A stretch of DNA of 60,332 nucleotides. It comes from an uncultured Collinsella sp. (GTDB lineage: Bacteria; Actinomycetota; Coriobacteriia; Coriobacteriales; Coriobacteriaceae). Positions 1 through 9,264 of the stretch are shown here, piece after piece (the first letter of the stretch is position 1; the number at the start of each line of letters is the position of its first letter). The translations under genes and the position numbers were made by a program. The notes beneath the pieces are model-generated. The model ran no database searches, had not been told where the DNA came from, and saw nothing but the letters and a program-made list of their open reading frames with translations. The stretch covers positions 1 through 60,332 of the forward strand of contig CAJKZO010000001.1 of NCBI GenBank assembly GCA_905204365.1. Reading direction: 5' to 3'.

Positions 1-989
1 TCGACATTATCATCGCCGTTCACCTGTGCGCCCTTATCTGCGTCTGCTACACCTAAAACGTGCTCGCTGCCGGTAACGACGGCTTCCCGCTCAACATTTC
101 GTTCACCTCGAACCGTCTGTTCGAGCTCTCCAAGATGGACGGTGCCATCGTCATCGACGGCGACCTCACCCAGATCCTGCGCGCCAACTTCCACCTCAAT
201 CCCGATCCCTCGCTTGCCACGAGCGAGACGGGCATGCGTCACCGCACCGCCGCTCGCATGTCGGTGCTCACCGATGCCATCGTGATCTCGGTCTCGGCCC
301 GTCGTGCCGTCGTTAACGTGTACGTTCACGGCAAGAGCTACGAGATCCAGCCCGTCACCACCATCATGAGCTCGGTCAACCAGCTCGTCGCCACGCTCCA
401 GACCACCCGTCAGTCGCTCGACCGCTCCCTGCTGCGCCTGACGGCCCTCGAGCTCGACGACTACGTTACGCTCGCCGACATTACCGGTATTTTCTCGAGC
501 TTCGAGATCATGCAGCAAGCAAAGACCGAGCTTAAGGATTGCATCGTCAAGCTGGGCAACCAGGGCAAGCTCGTGCAGATGCAGCTCGAGCAGCTCGCCG
601 GTTCCAGCATGGATACCGAATACGACCTGATGATCCGCGACTACGCAAGTGATTCTTCCGAGGCTAATGCCGAGAAGATTCGTGCAGAGCTCGCTCGCAT
701 GACGCCTAAGGACCTGTCCGACCCGCAACACGTGGCGGCAGTTCTGGGCTATGACGACCTGGACGAGGACTCCGTCATGACGCCGCTAGGCCTGCGCACG
801 CTTTCGCGTGTGTCCGTCGTGCGCGACGGCGTGGCCGAGAAGATCGTCGACGAGTACGGCTCGCTGCAGGAGCTCATGGACGACATTAGCGAGGATCCGG
901 AGCGCCTGGGCGACTTTGGCGTCAACAACCCTGCCATTCTTGCGGACTCGCTGTACCGCATGAAGGGCACCAAACAGGGGAACGCATAA
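1..989 (+). CDS. disA: DNA integrity scanning diadenylate cyclase DisA, 5'-truncated by the window edge
   Basis: DAC motifs KMDGAIV and GMRHRTA; C-terminal HhH-like region; precedes ispD-ispF. The frame upstream of 60 stays DisA-like but has a TAA at 54-56, probably a sequencing error. Confidence 0.9.
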
Positions 990-1717
990 TGGCGCCCGTA
1001 TGCGCCGTGGTCGTTGCCGGTGGCAGCGGCCAGCGCTTTGGAAATCCCGGCGGCAAGCAGCTCGTCAATGTGGCGGGCCGTCCGCTCATGAGCTGGTCCA
1101 TCCGCGCGTTCGATCGTAGCGACAAGGTCGGCCACATCGTGGTGGTGTGCCCTGCCGAGCGCCGTGCCGAGATGCGCCGCCTGGCCATCGACCCGTTTGA
1201 CTATGACACGCCCATCAGCTTTGCCGATGCCGGCGCGACCCGCCAGGATTCCACCCGTGCCGGCGTGCATGCGGCTCCGGCGGGCTTTGAATACGTTGCC
1301 ATCCACGATGGTGCTCGTCCGCTCATTACGACCGAGGCCATCGACCACGCTATCGACGTGCTCATGGGTGACCGCTCGCTCGACGGTGTCGTGTGCGGTC
1401 AGCCCGCGATCGACACGCTCAAGATCGTCGACGGCGATAATATCGTCGAGACGCCGCCGCGCGAGCTCTATTGGGCCGCGCAGACGCCGCAGATCTTTAG
1501 CGTCGACGCCATGAAGCGTGCCCATGCCGCGGCGATTGCCGAGGGCTTTATCGGTACCGACGATTCATCGCTGGTCGAGCGCATGGGCGGGCGCGTCCGC
1601 TGTGTCCAGAGCCCGCGCGATAACCTTAAGGTGACGGTGCCCGAGGACCTGCGTCCCGTAACCGCGATTCTACTCGGTCGCATGGCCGAGGGAGAGGACC
1701 TTCCCCATGTTCAGTAA
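989..1717 (+). CDS. ispD: 2-C-methyl-D-erythritol 4-phosphate cytidylyltransferase
   Basis: AGGSGQRFG...KQ, IHDGARP, AQTPQ, TDD and KVTVPED motifs. Confidence 0.95.
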   Translation: MAPVCAVVVAGGSGQRFGNPGGKQLVNVAGRPLMSWSIRAFDRSDKVGHIVVVCPAERRAEMRRLAIDPFDYDTPISFADAGATRQDSTRAGVHAAPAGFEYVAIHDGARPLITTEAIDHAIDVLMGDRSLDGVVCGQPAIDTLKIVDGDNIVETPPRELYWAAQTPQIFSVDAMKRAHAAAIAEGFIGTDDSSLVERMGGRVRCVQSPRDNLKVTVPEDLRPVTAILLGRMAEGEDLPHVQ

Positions 1718-2201
1718 CCTGCGCATTGGCCACGGCTACGACGTCCACCGTTTGGTGGAGGGGCGTCGATGTATCATCGGCGGGGTCGACATCCCCTACG
1801 AGCGTGGCCTGCTGGGCCACTCGGATGCCGATGTGCTCGCGCACGCCTTGGCCGACGCCATTCTGGGCGCCTGCCGCGGGGGAGACATCGGCAAGCTATT
1901 CCCCGACACCGATCCCGCCTACGAGGGCGCCGATTCGATGGTGCTGCTCGCTCGCGTGATGGACTATGCGCGCGAGCTGGGCTTTGAGTTTGTCGATGCC
2001 GATTGCACCATTGCCTGTCAGCAACCCAAGATCACCCCGCACCGCGATGCCATGCGCGCCAACCTGGCCCATGCCCTGGGCGTTGACGTCGAAAACGTGG
2101 GTGTCGCCGCCACCACGACCGAAAAGCTCGGTTGGGAAGGCCAGGGCGAGGGAATCGGCGCCTGGGCCGTCTGCCTGCTACAGAAAACCGTTAAGGAGTA
2201 A
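1707..2201 (+). CDS. ispF: 2-C-methyl-D-erythritol 2,4-cyclodiphosphate synthase
   Basis: RIGHGYDVH, GHSDADV, DIGKLFPD and ATTTEKLG motifs. Confidence 0.96.
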   Translation: MFSNLRIGHGYDVHRLVEGRRCIIGGVDIPYERGLLGHSDADVLAHALADAILGACRGGDIGKLFPDTDPAYEGADSMVLLARVMDYARELGFEFVDADCTIACQQPKITPHRDAMRANLAHALGVDVENVGVAATTTEKLGWEGQGEGIGAWAVCLLQKTVKE

Positions 2202-2204
2202 CGA

Positions 2205-3671
2205 ATGCGTATCTACAACAGCGCTACCCATAAAAAGGAAGAGTTCCAGCCCATCGAGTCCGGCAAGGTCCGCATGTACGTGTGCGGCCCCACGGTCTAC
2301 GACAACATCCACATCGGCAATGCCCGCACGTTCATCAGCTTCGATGTGATTCGACGCTGGCTCATCGCGAGCGGCTACGAGGTCACGTTCGCCCAGAACC
2401 TCACCGATGTCGACGACAAGATCATCAAGCGCGCCAACGAGCAGGGCCGCACGGCTGCCGAGGTCGCGACGGAGTTCTCCGACAAGTTCATCGGCGTCAT
2501 GCGCGCCGCCAACGTGCTCGATCCTGATGTGCGCCCCCGCGCCACCAAGGAGATCGGCCCCATGATCGCCATGATCAAGACGCTTATCGAGCAGGGCCAC
2601 GCTTACGCAGCCGATAACGGCGACGTGTACTTTGCCGTGCGCAGCGATCCCAACTATGGCCAGGTCTCGGGCCGCAACATCGATGACCTTATGGTTGGTG
2701 CACGTATCGAGGAGAACGAGGACAAGAACGACCCGCTCGATTTTGCCTTGTGGAAGGCCGCCAAGCCCGGCGAGCCCAGCTGGCCGAGTCCCTGGGGCGA
2801 GGGCCGTCCCGGTTGGCACACCGAGTGCGCCGCCATGGTGCATCGTTACCTGGGCACCCCGATCGACATCCACGGCGGCGGCTCCGACCTTGCCTTCCCG
2901 CATCACGAGAACGAGTGCGCCCAGGCCACCTGCGCCTGGCACCAGGGCTTCTCCAACACCTGGATGCACACGGGCATGCTGCTGGTAGACGGCGAGAAGA
3001 TGTCCAAGTCGCTCGGCAACTTCTTTACGCTGGCCGAGGTCCTCGAGCAGCACTCCGCTGCCGCCCTGCGCCTGCTGATGCTGCAGACGAGCTATCGCTC
3101 GCCGCTCGATTTTTCTTGGGAGCGCTTGGAGGGTGCCGAGAACTCGCTCACGCGTATCGCCGGTACGGTCGAGAACCTGCGCTGGGCCGCGAACCATGCG
3201 ACGGCCGATGCCGATGCGGCTGCCGCCGAGGCGTTTGCCGCCAAGGCCGCTGAGACTCGTGCCGCCTTTAAGGAGTGCATGGACGACGACTTTAACACCG
3301 CTGGTGCCATGGGTGCCGTCTTTGGCTTTGTGACCGAATGCAACCAGTACCTGGAGCAGGCGGGCGACGCTGCTGACAAGGCCGCCGCGCTTGCCGCCGC
3401 CGACACGCTGGCCGAGCTGCTCGATACGCTTGGCGTTGAGCTCCCCGAGCCCAAGGTCGAGCTGCCGCTGGGTCTGCTAGGCGTTGCCGCCGGCCTGGTC
3501 GCCTACACGGGCGACGACGTGGACGAGGCTGCTGCCAAGATTCTCGAGGCCCGCGCCGAGGCTCGCGCCGCCAAGAACTGGGATCTGGCCGACGCCATTC
3601 GCGACCAGCTCAAGGACCTGGGCCTCACCATCGAGGATACGACCGCCGGCACCCGTATTAAGACTCTCTAG
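2205..3671 (+). CDS. cysS: Cysteine--tRNA ligase
   Basis: CGPTVY, HIGN, GRPGWHTEC and KMSKS motifs. Confidence 0.97.
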   Translation: MRIYNSATHKKEEFQPIESGKVRMYVCGPTVYDNIHIGNARTFISFDVIRRWLIASGYEVTFAQNLTDVDDKIIKRANEQGRTAAEVATEFSDKFIGVMRAANVLDPDVRPRATKEIGPMIAMIKTLIEQGHAYAADNGDVYFAVRSDPNYGQVSGRNIDDLMVGARIEENEDKNDPLDFALWKAAKPGEPSWPSPWGEGRPGWHTECAAMVHRYLGTPIDIHGGGSDLAFPHHENECAQATCAWHQGFSNTWMHTGMLLVDGEKMSKSLGNFFTLAEVLEQHSAAALRLLMLQTSYRSPLDFSWERLEGAENSLTRIAGTVENLRWAANHATADADAAAAEAFAAKAAETRAAFKECMDDDFNTAGAMGAVFGFVTECNQYLEQAGDAADKAAALAAADTLAELLDTLGVELPEPKVELPLGLLGVAAGLVAYTGDDVDEAAAKILEARAEARAAKNWDLADAIRDQLKDLGLTIEDTTAGTRIKTL

Positions 3672-3679
3672 TATTTGTT

Positions 3680-3778
3680 GACCGTTCGAGGTGCGGCAGA
3701 TTGCCTTGAAAGAGGAGGGCATAGACCTGGTGGTCATGCCCGACGATTGAAAGGCAAGGTGCCGTGGCTCGGACGGTC
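3680..3778. repeat. Long nested intergenic hairpin with a 25-nt bulged apical stem (3717-3741)
   Basis: GACCGTTCGAG pairs with CTCGGACGGTC and TTGCCTT with AAGGCAA; the apical GGGCATAGACC-TGGT-GGTCATGCCC matches 48932-48956 in reverse complement at 22/25. Confidence 0.7.
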
Positions 3779-3813
3779 GATTCTTGTTCGTTATGTATTT
3801 AGGAGGTCGCTTT

Positions 3814-4728
3814 ATGGCCGACAATCGCAAGCGTGCACCGCGTGGAGGCAAGCAGGCTGCTTCTGGCTCGCGTCCGATTCGCCGCAACGACCGCGCTGCC
3901 GCTCCCAAGGGCCAGCGCGATCGTACCCAGGCCGCACGTCCGCAGCGCGATCGCAACCGCGACGCTGTCCAGGCTCCCAAAGGCGAGTTTATCGAAGGTC
4001 GTCGTGCTGCCGCCGAGGCGCTACGCACTGGTTTTCCCATCAAGTGCGCGCTCATTGCCGAGGGCGGGGAGCGCGATGCCGCCTTGTCGCGCCTGGTCGA
4101 CGACCTCAACGCCGCGGGCGTCCGCATTAAGTATGTGCCGCGCGCGCAGCTCGATGCGCTGTCGAGTCATGGCGCTCACCAGGGCATTGCGCTCGAGGTT
4201 GGTAACTTCCCCTATGCCGATGTTGCCGATATCCTCGACCGTGCGGGCGACGGTCCGGCGCTCGTCATCGTGCTCGACCATGTGACCGACGACGGCAACT
4301 TTGGCGCCATCGTGCGCTCCGCCGAGGTTGTGGGCGCGGCCGGTGTCATCATTGCCAACAAGCGCGCTGCCGGCGTGACCGTTGGCAGCTACAAGACTTC
4401 CGCCGGCGCCGTCATGCATCTGCCTATCGCGCAGGTTCCCAACATCGCCCGTGCGCTCGATGACCTCAAGGCCGCTGGCTTTTGGGTGGGCGGTGCCTCC
4501 GAGCACGCCGAGGGCAGTTGCTGGGATGCTCCCTTCGAGGGCCGCGTGGCGCTTGTCATGGGTTCCGAGGGCGACGGCATCTCGCGCCTGGTGCTCGAGA
4601 AATGCGACTTTTTGACCAAGCTTCCCCAGCGCGGCATGACCGAGAGCCTCAATGTTGCCCAGGCGACCACGGCGCTGTGCTTTGAGTGGCTGCGTCGCAA
4701 CGCCGGCGAGCTCATGGGGGAGGAGTAG
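3814..4728 (+). CDS. rlmB: 23S rRNA (G2251) 2'-O-methyltransferase, SPOUT/TrmH family
   Basis: HQGI, DDGNFGAIVRSA, VMGSEGDG and ESLNVA motifs; RBS AGGAGG before ATG 3814; follows cysS. Confidence 0.9.
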   Translation: MADNRKRAPRGGKQAASGSRPIRRNDRAAAPKGQRDRTQAARPQRDRNRDAVQAPKGEFIEGRRAAAEALRTGFPIKCALIAEGGERDAALSRLVDDLNAAGVRIKYVPRAQLDALSSHGAHQGIALEVGNFPYADVADILDRAGDGPALVIVLDHVTDDGNFGAIVRSAEVVGAAGVIIANKRAAGVTVGSYKTSAGAVMHLPIAQVPNIARALDDLKAAGFWVGGASEHAEGSCWDAPFEGRVALVMGSEGDGISRLVLEKCDFLTKLPQRGMTESLNVAQATTALCFEWLRRNAGELMGEE

Positions 4729-4731
4729 CGC

Positions 4732-5409
4732 ATGTCCAAAAAAAACCGTGCCAAGTCCAAGGCCAAGCGCTTTGGCGAGGGTTCGGCCAAGCCGATTGTT
4801 TCGGCCGCGACCTATGGCGTGGGCGGCAATGCGTTTGCGCAGGCCATCGCCGACCCGGTCTCGACGGTGCACTCCAATAAGCCCGAGCTGCTGGTGGTCG
4901 ACGGCTACAACGTGATCCACTGTACGCCGCGCTACGAAAAGCTCGTGTACGACCATTCTGACGATCCGTATTCCAGCGACGTTCACGATATGGCGCGCAC
5001 GGCGCTCATTAATGACGTAGCCGCGTTTGCCCAGGGCCGCTACGAGGCTGTGATCGTATTTGACGGCGCGGGCAATATCTCCAGCGAGCGCCCCAACCTG
5101 CCGGCCCGCGGTGTGCGCATCGAGTTTTCGCCGACGGGCGTCTCTGCCGATACCGTGGTGCAGAAGCTCTGCATCGAGGCACGCGAGGAAGGCCGCGCGT
5201 GCTCCGTGGTATCGAGTGACGGCACGATCCAGGCTGTCGTCATGGGCAAGGGCGTCACGCGCATCTCGAGCCGTATGCTGGTGGACGAGATCAAACAGAT
5301 CGATAACGACGTTCACGAGGCAGAGGAAGCTCCGCAGATCAAGATGACTCTGGGCAGCCGCCTGAGTCCCGATGCCCTGGCCAAGCTCAAGGCCCTGCGT
5401 GGCCGGTAG
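4732..5409 (+). CDS. NYN-domain (YacP/Rae1-like) RNase
   Basis: VVDGYNV, VFDG, SADTV and VVSSD acidic motifs; position after rlmB matches yacP. Confidence 0.85.
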   Translation: MSKKNRAKSKAKRFGEGSAKPIVSAATYGVGGNAFAQAIADPVSTVHSNKPELLVVDGYNVIHCTPRYEKLVYDHSDDPYSSDVHDMARTALINDVAAFAQGRYEAVIVFDGAGNISSERPNLPARGVRIEFSPTGVSADTVVQKLCIEAREEGRACSVVSSDGTIQAVVMGKGVTRISSRMLVDEIKQIDNDVHEAEEAPQIKMTLGSRLSPDALAKLKALRGR

Positions 5410-5436
5410 GGGAGTTGGCGGGGCAATGCTGCCTCG

Positions 5437-6777
5437 CTAACTCCATTCAGCGATGTCGATCATTCTTTCGAGGCGCCACGTTAGCGCCTCTTTTAGATAA
5501 GGCAGTCTCGCTGCTAGGGCATCGTTTTTAGACAGAATCTCGATTGCCTCGTCGACAAAACCTTCGAGTTTGTCCCCGTCAAACCAGTTCATATCCTCAA
5601 CAAGCAACATTTGTTTCGCGGGACTTGAATGGAACTGCGCGCTGGCAAAACTGTGCTCTCCTGCCCTAAGCTCCTCTAGAGATATGTTGCACCAGAGCGA
5701 TGAGCCCGAATCGAAGATGGGGGCTGGTCTGCAGGTTAGCGTGTTGACGTTTCGCACAAGGCCAAAGTTACGCCAATGACGGTCATAGTTGGCGATGATG
5801 TCGTCGCACACGATCATGCGGTCAAGGGCATCCTTGACGCCTGTCACCCCGAGTTCCTCGCAGTTTGCTACGTATCGCTCGTAGTCGGTTAGCCGTTCAT
5901 CTGCGTTTGCGTGCTGGTTTACATAGAACGCAGGGACATACTCTTCTTCATCAGTTAAGAAGACATCGCATATGCTCAGGGCGGAAGTGCCCGTGCCCTC
6001 GAGCGAGTAAGGCACATAATCGCAGGCGTTTAGGATGCGACGGTGGAGCGCGGTCGCCACCAGCTCGTTATAAGGTTCCTGGTTCAGGTGCGCTCCTGCC
6101 TTATGCAGAATTCGACGTTCGCCCTCGCACGTCCAGTACTTTTGAAGATTGCCGTCCGAGGTGTTGTCGGGCTTTGCGGCAGCCGCTTTTCCCTCTGGGG
6201 CAAAGGGCGCAATAGACAGTGAGACGTCATCAAAGGCGTTATTGAAGAAGTTAATATCTTCCCACGCGAGACCGGAACCTTGGGGCCTAATCCAATACTG
6301 GTCGGATAGGGAGAGGCCAAGATTTCGCTGTACGAGTTCATCGGGAACATCGACTGCGGCTTCTGCAAGCAGGGAGGCTAACCCAATGCGTGCGAGCGGG
6401 ATACCGCGGCCGCGCCACCAGATGCGGAAGGAGTCGAGCGATATGGGGCTATTAGGGCCAAATACACCAATAGGGGCGTGGGCGTAATCGATGTCGGCGC
6501 CGATGTGGGTAAAGTCTTTTCGCGATGTGCTGTAGACCAGCTGAGCGACTTCGTGCGTGCGATTCATGAGGGTGAACGCGATCTCGCTCTTACCGTGGCC
6601 GCGGCGGGGACGTCCCCCCGTTTTGGTCACGGAGCGGAGTCGCGTGTCGACGCTGTCTTTGTCGATGAGCCACACGCCAGAAGCCTTGCGGGCGGTCAGC
6701 GCGCCGTTCTTAATGAGCTCCTGCACCCTGCGCGGGCTGATGCCGAGCAGCTCGGCTGCTTCCTTGGTAGTCAACAT
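5437..6777 (-). CDS. Excisionase-type HTH fused to a HipA/CtkA-like kinase domain
   Basis: N-terminal LTTKEAAELLGISPRRVQELIKNG; kinase motifs SDGNLQKYW, EPYNE, IANYDRHWRNFG and APIFDSGSSL. Confidence 0.8.
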   Translation of the reverse strand: MLTTKEAAELLGISPRRVQELIKNGALTARKASGVWLIDKDSVDTRLRSVTKTGGRPRRGHGKSEIAFTLMNRTHEVAQLVYSTSRKDFTHIGADIDYAHAPIGVFGPNSPISLDSFRIWWRGRGIPLARIGLASLLAEAAVDVPDELVQRNLGLSLSDQYWIRPQGSGLAWEDINFFNNAFDDVSLSIAPFAPEGKAAAAKPDNTSDGNLQKYWTCEGERRILHKAGAHLNQEPYNELVATALHRRILNACDYVPYSLEGTGTSALSICDVFLTDEEEYVPAFYVNQHANADERLTDYERYVANCEELGVTGVKDALDRMIVCDDIIANYDRHWRNFGLVRNVNTLTCRPAPIFDSGSSLWCNISLEELRAGEHSFASAQFHSSPAKQMLLVEDMNWFDGDKLEGFVDEAIEILSKNDALAARLPYLKEALTWRLERMIDIAEWS

Positions 6778-6787
6778 CGCGAAACCC

Positions 6788-6847
6788 TTCGCCAGAACGA
6801 ATAGTTTTATATAGCCAATTGTAATTAAAACTATTCGTTCTGGCGAA
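6788..6847. promoter_or_regulatory. Perfect 22-bp inverted repeat with a 16-nt AT-rich spacer upstream of the HTH-kinase gene; putative operator
   Basis: TTCGCCAGAACGAATAGTTTTA (6788-6809) and TAAAACTATTCGTTCTGGCGAA (6826-6847), 10 nt from the start codon. Confidence 0.7.
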
Positions 6848-7000
6848 TGGTTTTAAGATTGAGGGCGCACTGACAGAAATGAACGGGCCTGGTACGCGCT
6901 GTTGCTGGATTTTGCATATTTATATAACGCCGTGCGGCCTGTTGCGCCCCGTCCGCAATTCCATTATTCTTAACAGGCTTCGCGCGAAAGCGCCAAGTGT

Positions 7001-7075
7001 GCCAGTGTGGCGCAACGGTAGCGCAACTGATTTGTAATCAGTGGGTTGCAGGTTCGATTCCTGTCACTGGCTCCA
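7001..7075 (+). tRNA. tRNA-Thr(TGT)
   Basis: Cloverleaf with GCCAGTG/CACTGGC acceptor stem, anticodon loop TTTGTAA, GGTTCGATTCC T-arm and CCA end. Confidence 0.97.
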
Positions 7076-7085
7076 TGAGAGTTTT

Positions 7086-7124
7086 GGGCCCTGTTCCCTT
7101 GTGGGACAGGGCCCGTTTCTTTTT
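7086..7124 (+). terminator. Intrinsic terminator after tRNA-Thr
   Basis: GGGCCCTGT...ACAGGGCCC stem followed by GTTTCTTTTT. Confidence 0.75.
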
Positions 7125-7165
7125 ATGTCGATAAGCCAGCGGGTTTGGCGCAACCTAGCTTCAGG

Positions 7166-7227
7166 TTTGTCTCGATCTGTAACAGTTAGGAGGAAAAACC
7201 TGCCCAGTTGTTACAGATTGAGACAAA
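7166..7227. repeat. Palindromic unit, family A, single copy
   Basis: TTTGTCTCGATCTGTAACA-N24-TGTTACAGATTGAGACAAA; closely matches the unit at 11492-11554. Confidence 0.85.
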
Positions 7228-7279
7228 GCAAGGGGGCTAACCATTTTGGCTGGTGCTGCGCAAAGGAATCTGGTTGATG

Positions 7280-7562
7280 TTAGAGAAAAAGCCCCGCCCA
7301 TTTGGGCGGGGCTAACAGACCTGCTCGTCTACCCCCTACGACGTGGTAACTGTAACCATTGTCATCGGGGAGGGGATCGTCGCCTGGGTTTAACAGATAG
7401 TCTTCTTCGGATTCATAAATGTTGGTTGCGGAGATACTGTTCTTGTAACCAACATTCAGCGCAAACCCACGTGTACTTGTGATCGTCAAAACCTAGCCGA
7501 TTGTTGAGATGGGCATCGCAACGATCGCACCACCAATCAACATCGGGAAATCTATCGCTCAT
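7280..7562 (-). pseudogene. Small CxxC/CxxC zinc-finger protein (Sec23/24-type zinc-finger-like), frameshifted
   Basis: RBS AAAGGGG then MSDRFPDVDWWCDRCDAHLNNRLGFDDHKYTWVCAEC; removing one base at about 7451 continues the frame as GYKNSISATNIYESEEDY. Confidence 0.7.
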
Positions 7563-7604
7563 ATCTACACCCCTTTATCGCCAGCTGATATGACCAATAA
7601 AAAC

Positions 7605-8450
7605 TTACTTGTCGAGCCTGATGAGTGCCTGTTCAACGTTGCTCGTCATGTTGTTTTGCTGCGATGCGGCAAGATGGCAAGAAGTGCGAACCACACAGGT
7701 GCCAACAACCTTGTGCGAACCGGGGTCTAAGATCGAATTGTCGTCAAAACTGCTCAAGTACTCATCGCGCTTCTTGGCATCTTTGACGTTTGCGTACACC
7801 TCGACGGCTCCGCCGGCATCGCATCCGCCGTCCACGACGGGGGTGTAATCTCCGCTAAGATACACGTCGGAAGAGTCGACCAAATCGGAATTAAAGTAGA
7901 CGCATGCGGTGTAACCGCCCTGTTTGCCTAACTTATTATTTGGATCGTTGCCCTCCGAAACAGCTTCCAGTGCCGTGATGTTGGCAATGCCCGTGAGCCG
8001 TTGCAGGATGAATTGCTCTGAGGGGTTGGTCACCTGCTTGAGCTGGTCGATGCTGTCTTGAAGGTTGGACTTGGCGGTGGAAAGATCGCCGATGACGGAA
8101 TCGTATTTTCCCATCTTGTCGATCTTCTTTGCCATAGCGTTTATCTCGTCGGTATTACCTGGCATTGCGGGGATATCTTCTTTGGCGGCCTGAGCTTGGG
8201 CTACCGCATTGGTCGCGGAATCAGACGTCGACGAATCATAGGGCTTATCCTTCGATTTGTTCAGTTCCTGAAGCTCTTTGATTGCGGCGTCTAAGTCATC
8301 ATTGCGGCTTTGAAGTCCGTCGGCAGCGGTGTTGAAGGCCTCAACCGCCTCATTGTGCGGTATCTGGTAATTGACGTACCAGTACGCTCCGATAGCAACG
8401 ATTAAGACCGCGACGACAGAGACGATGGCTGTCCTTTTCTTTTTGTCCAT
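7605..8450 (-). CDS. Membrane-anchored extracellular protein with coiled-coil stalk and conserved C-terminal domain
   Basis: KKKR followed by an N-terminal TM helix, heptad-like middle, C-terminal NDPNNKLGKQGGYTACVYF...GAVEVY...PGSH; RBS AAGGAG. Confidence 0.8.
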   Translation of the reverse strand: MDKKKRTAIVSVVAVLIVAIGAYWYVNYQIPHNEAVEAFNTAADGLQSRNDDLDAAIKELQELNKSKDKPYDSSTSDSATNAVAQAQAAKEDIPAMPGNTDEINAMAKKIDKMGKYDSVIGDLSTAKSNLQDSIDQLKQVTNPSEQFILQRLTGIANITALEAVSEGNDPNNKLGKQGGYTACVYFNSDLVDSSDVYLSGDYTPVVDGGCDAGGAVEVYANVKDAKKRDEYLSSFDDNSILDPGSHKVVGTCVVRTSCHLAASQQNNMTSNVEQALIRLDK

Positions 8451-8760
8451 AATGAGTGCTCTCCTTTCCCGATATGAAAATGCTAGCGCTTTCTGACTAT
8501 TCCGCAGATGCCATGGCTTTCTATTCGGTAAACGGATTCCTCTCTTGCTGCGACATCAGTCGAATAACTGTGCGCTTGAACTGAGGCCGCCCGAAATGAC
8601 GGTGGATGCGATGGGGGTGGCGGGGCAGTGCGTGACCGAGTGAGTCTACTTGCACATATGGGTATGGTGGACGAATGGTAAGACTAAGCTGGCGAAAAGC
8701 GAACCTGGTGCTCCTTGTCGGATTGGATCGTGCCGATTTCATTAGGCATCACACGGCAAA

Positions 8761-9264
8761 TTATCGGTAGAACACGTCGAATTCAATTGTGTGAATGCGT
8801 GCGTTGTCGGGACCGGCGTCAACCGGAGAATGTTCGGCATCGCTCGCTTCTGCCCAGACTTTATGGCCGCCGTTGATTTTATCGACGATCCTCATGACGG
8901 CTGCCTCTTCTTCTGCCGTCGCGCTCCAGGGGATGTCGCAGATTTTTTCGCCGTCTTCAGAGATGACGTCGAGCCAAGCAGCATCCTTTGGAATGTCGGG
9001 GTCTTGTTCGAATCGAAGGATGGCTCCAGGTTTAAGCGCTTCGCGCTGGACTTCTACCTCATCTGGTTCGTACATCCAATCGGTGTCTTCAAATTCCTTT
9101 TCCCAAAGGTAGCCGTATCCGATTGTTTTCACGCTTACAATGTACGTTTTGCCAGAAGAGAGGCCGATGGCTGTTTTCGGCTTAATAAAGAATGTTCCGA
9201 AAGCTGAGGCCGCGAGAACCGTAAATCCGCGTCGAGTTAATTCAAGTTCTTCTAAGTTGCCCAT
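8761..9264 (-). CDS. Twin-arginine signal protein with a HIRAN-like C-terminal region
   Basis: RBS AAGGAG before ATG 9264; LTRRGFTVLAASAF; GAILRFEQDPDIPKDAAWLDV...GEKICDIP resembles the HIRAN pattern LxREPDNPYDxNAIxV...GYIP. Confidence 0.6.
   Translation of the reverse strand: MGNLEELELTRRGFTVLAASAFGTFFIKPKTAIGLSSGKTYIVSVKTIGYGYLWEKEFEDTDWMYEPDEVEVQREALKPGAILRFEQDPDIPKDAAWLDVISEDGEKICDIPWSATAEEEAAVMRIVDKINGGHKVWAEASDAEHSPVDAGPDNARIHTIEFDVFYR

Noticed and set aside
8521..8742. 73-aa minus-strand ORF in the islet
   Set aside because: It has no clear RBS or motif, so I cannot support it as a gene.
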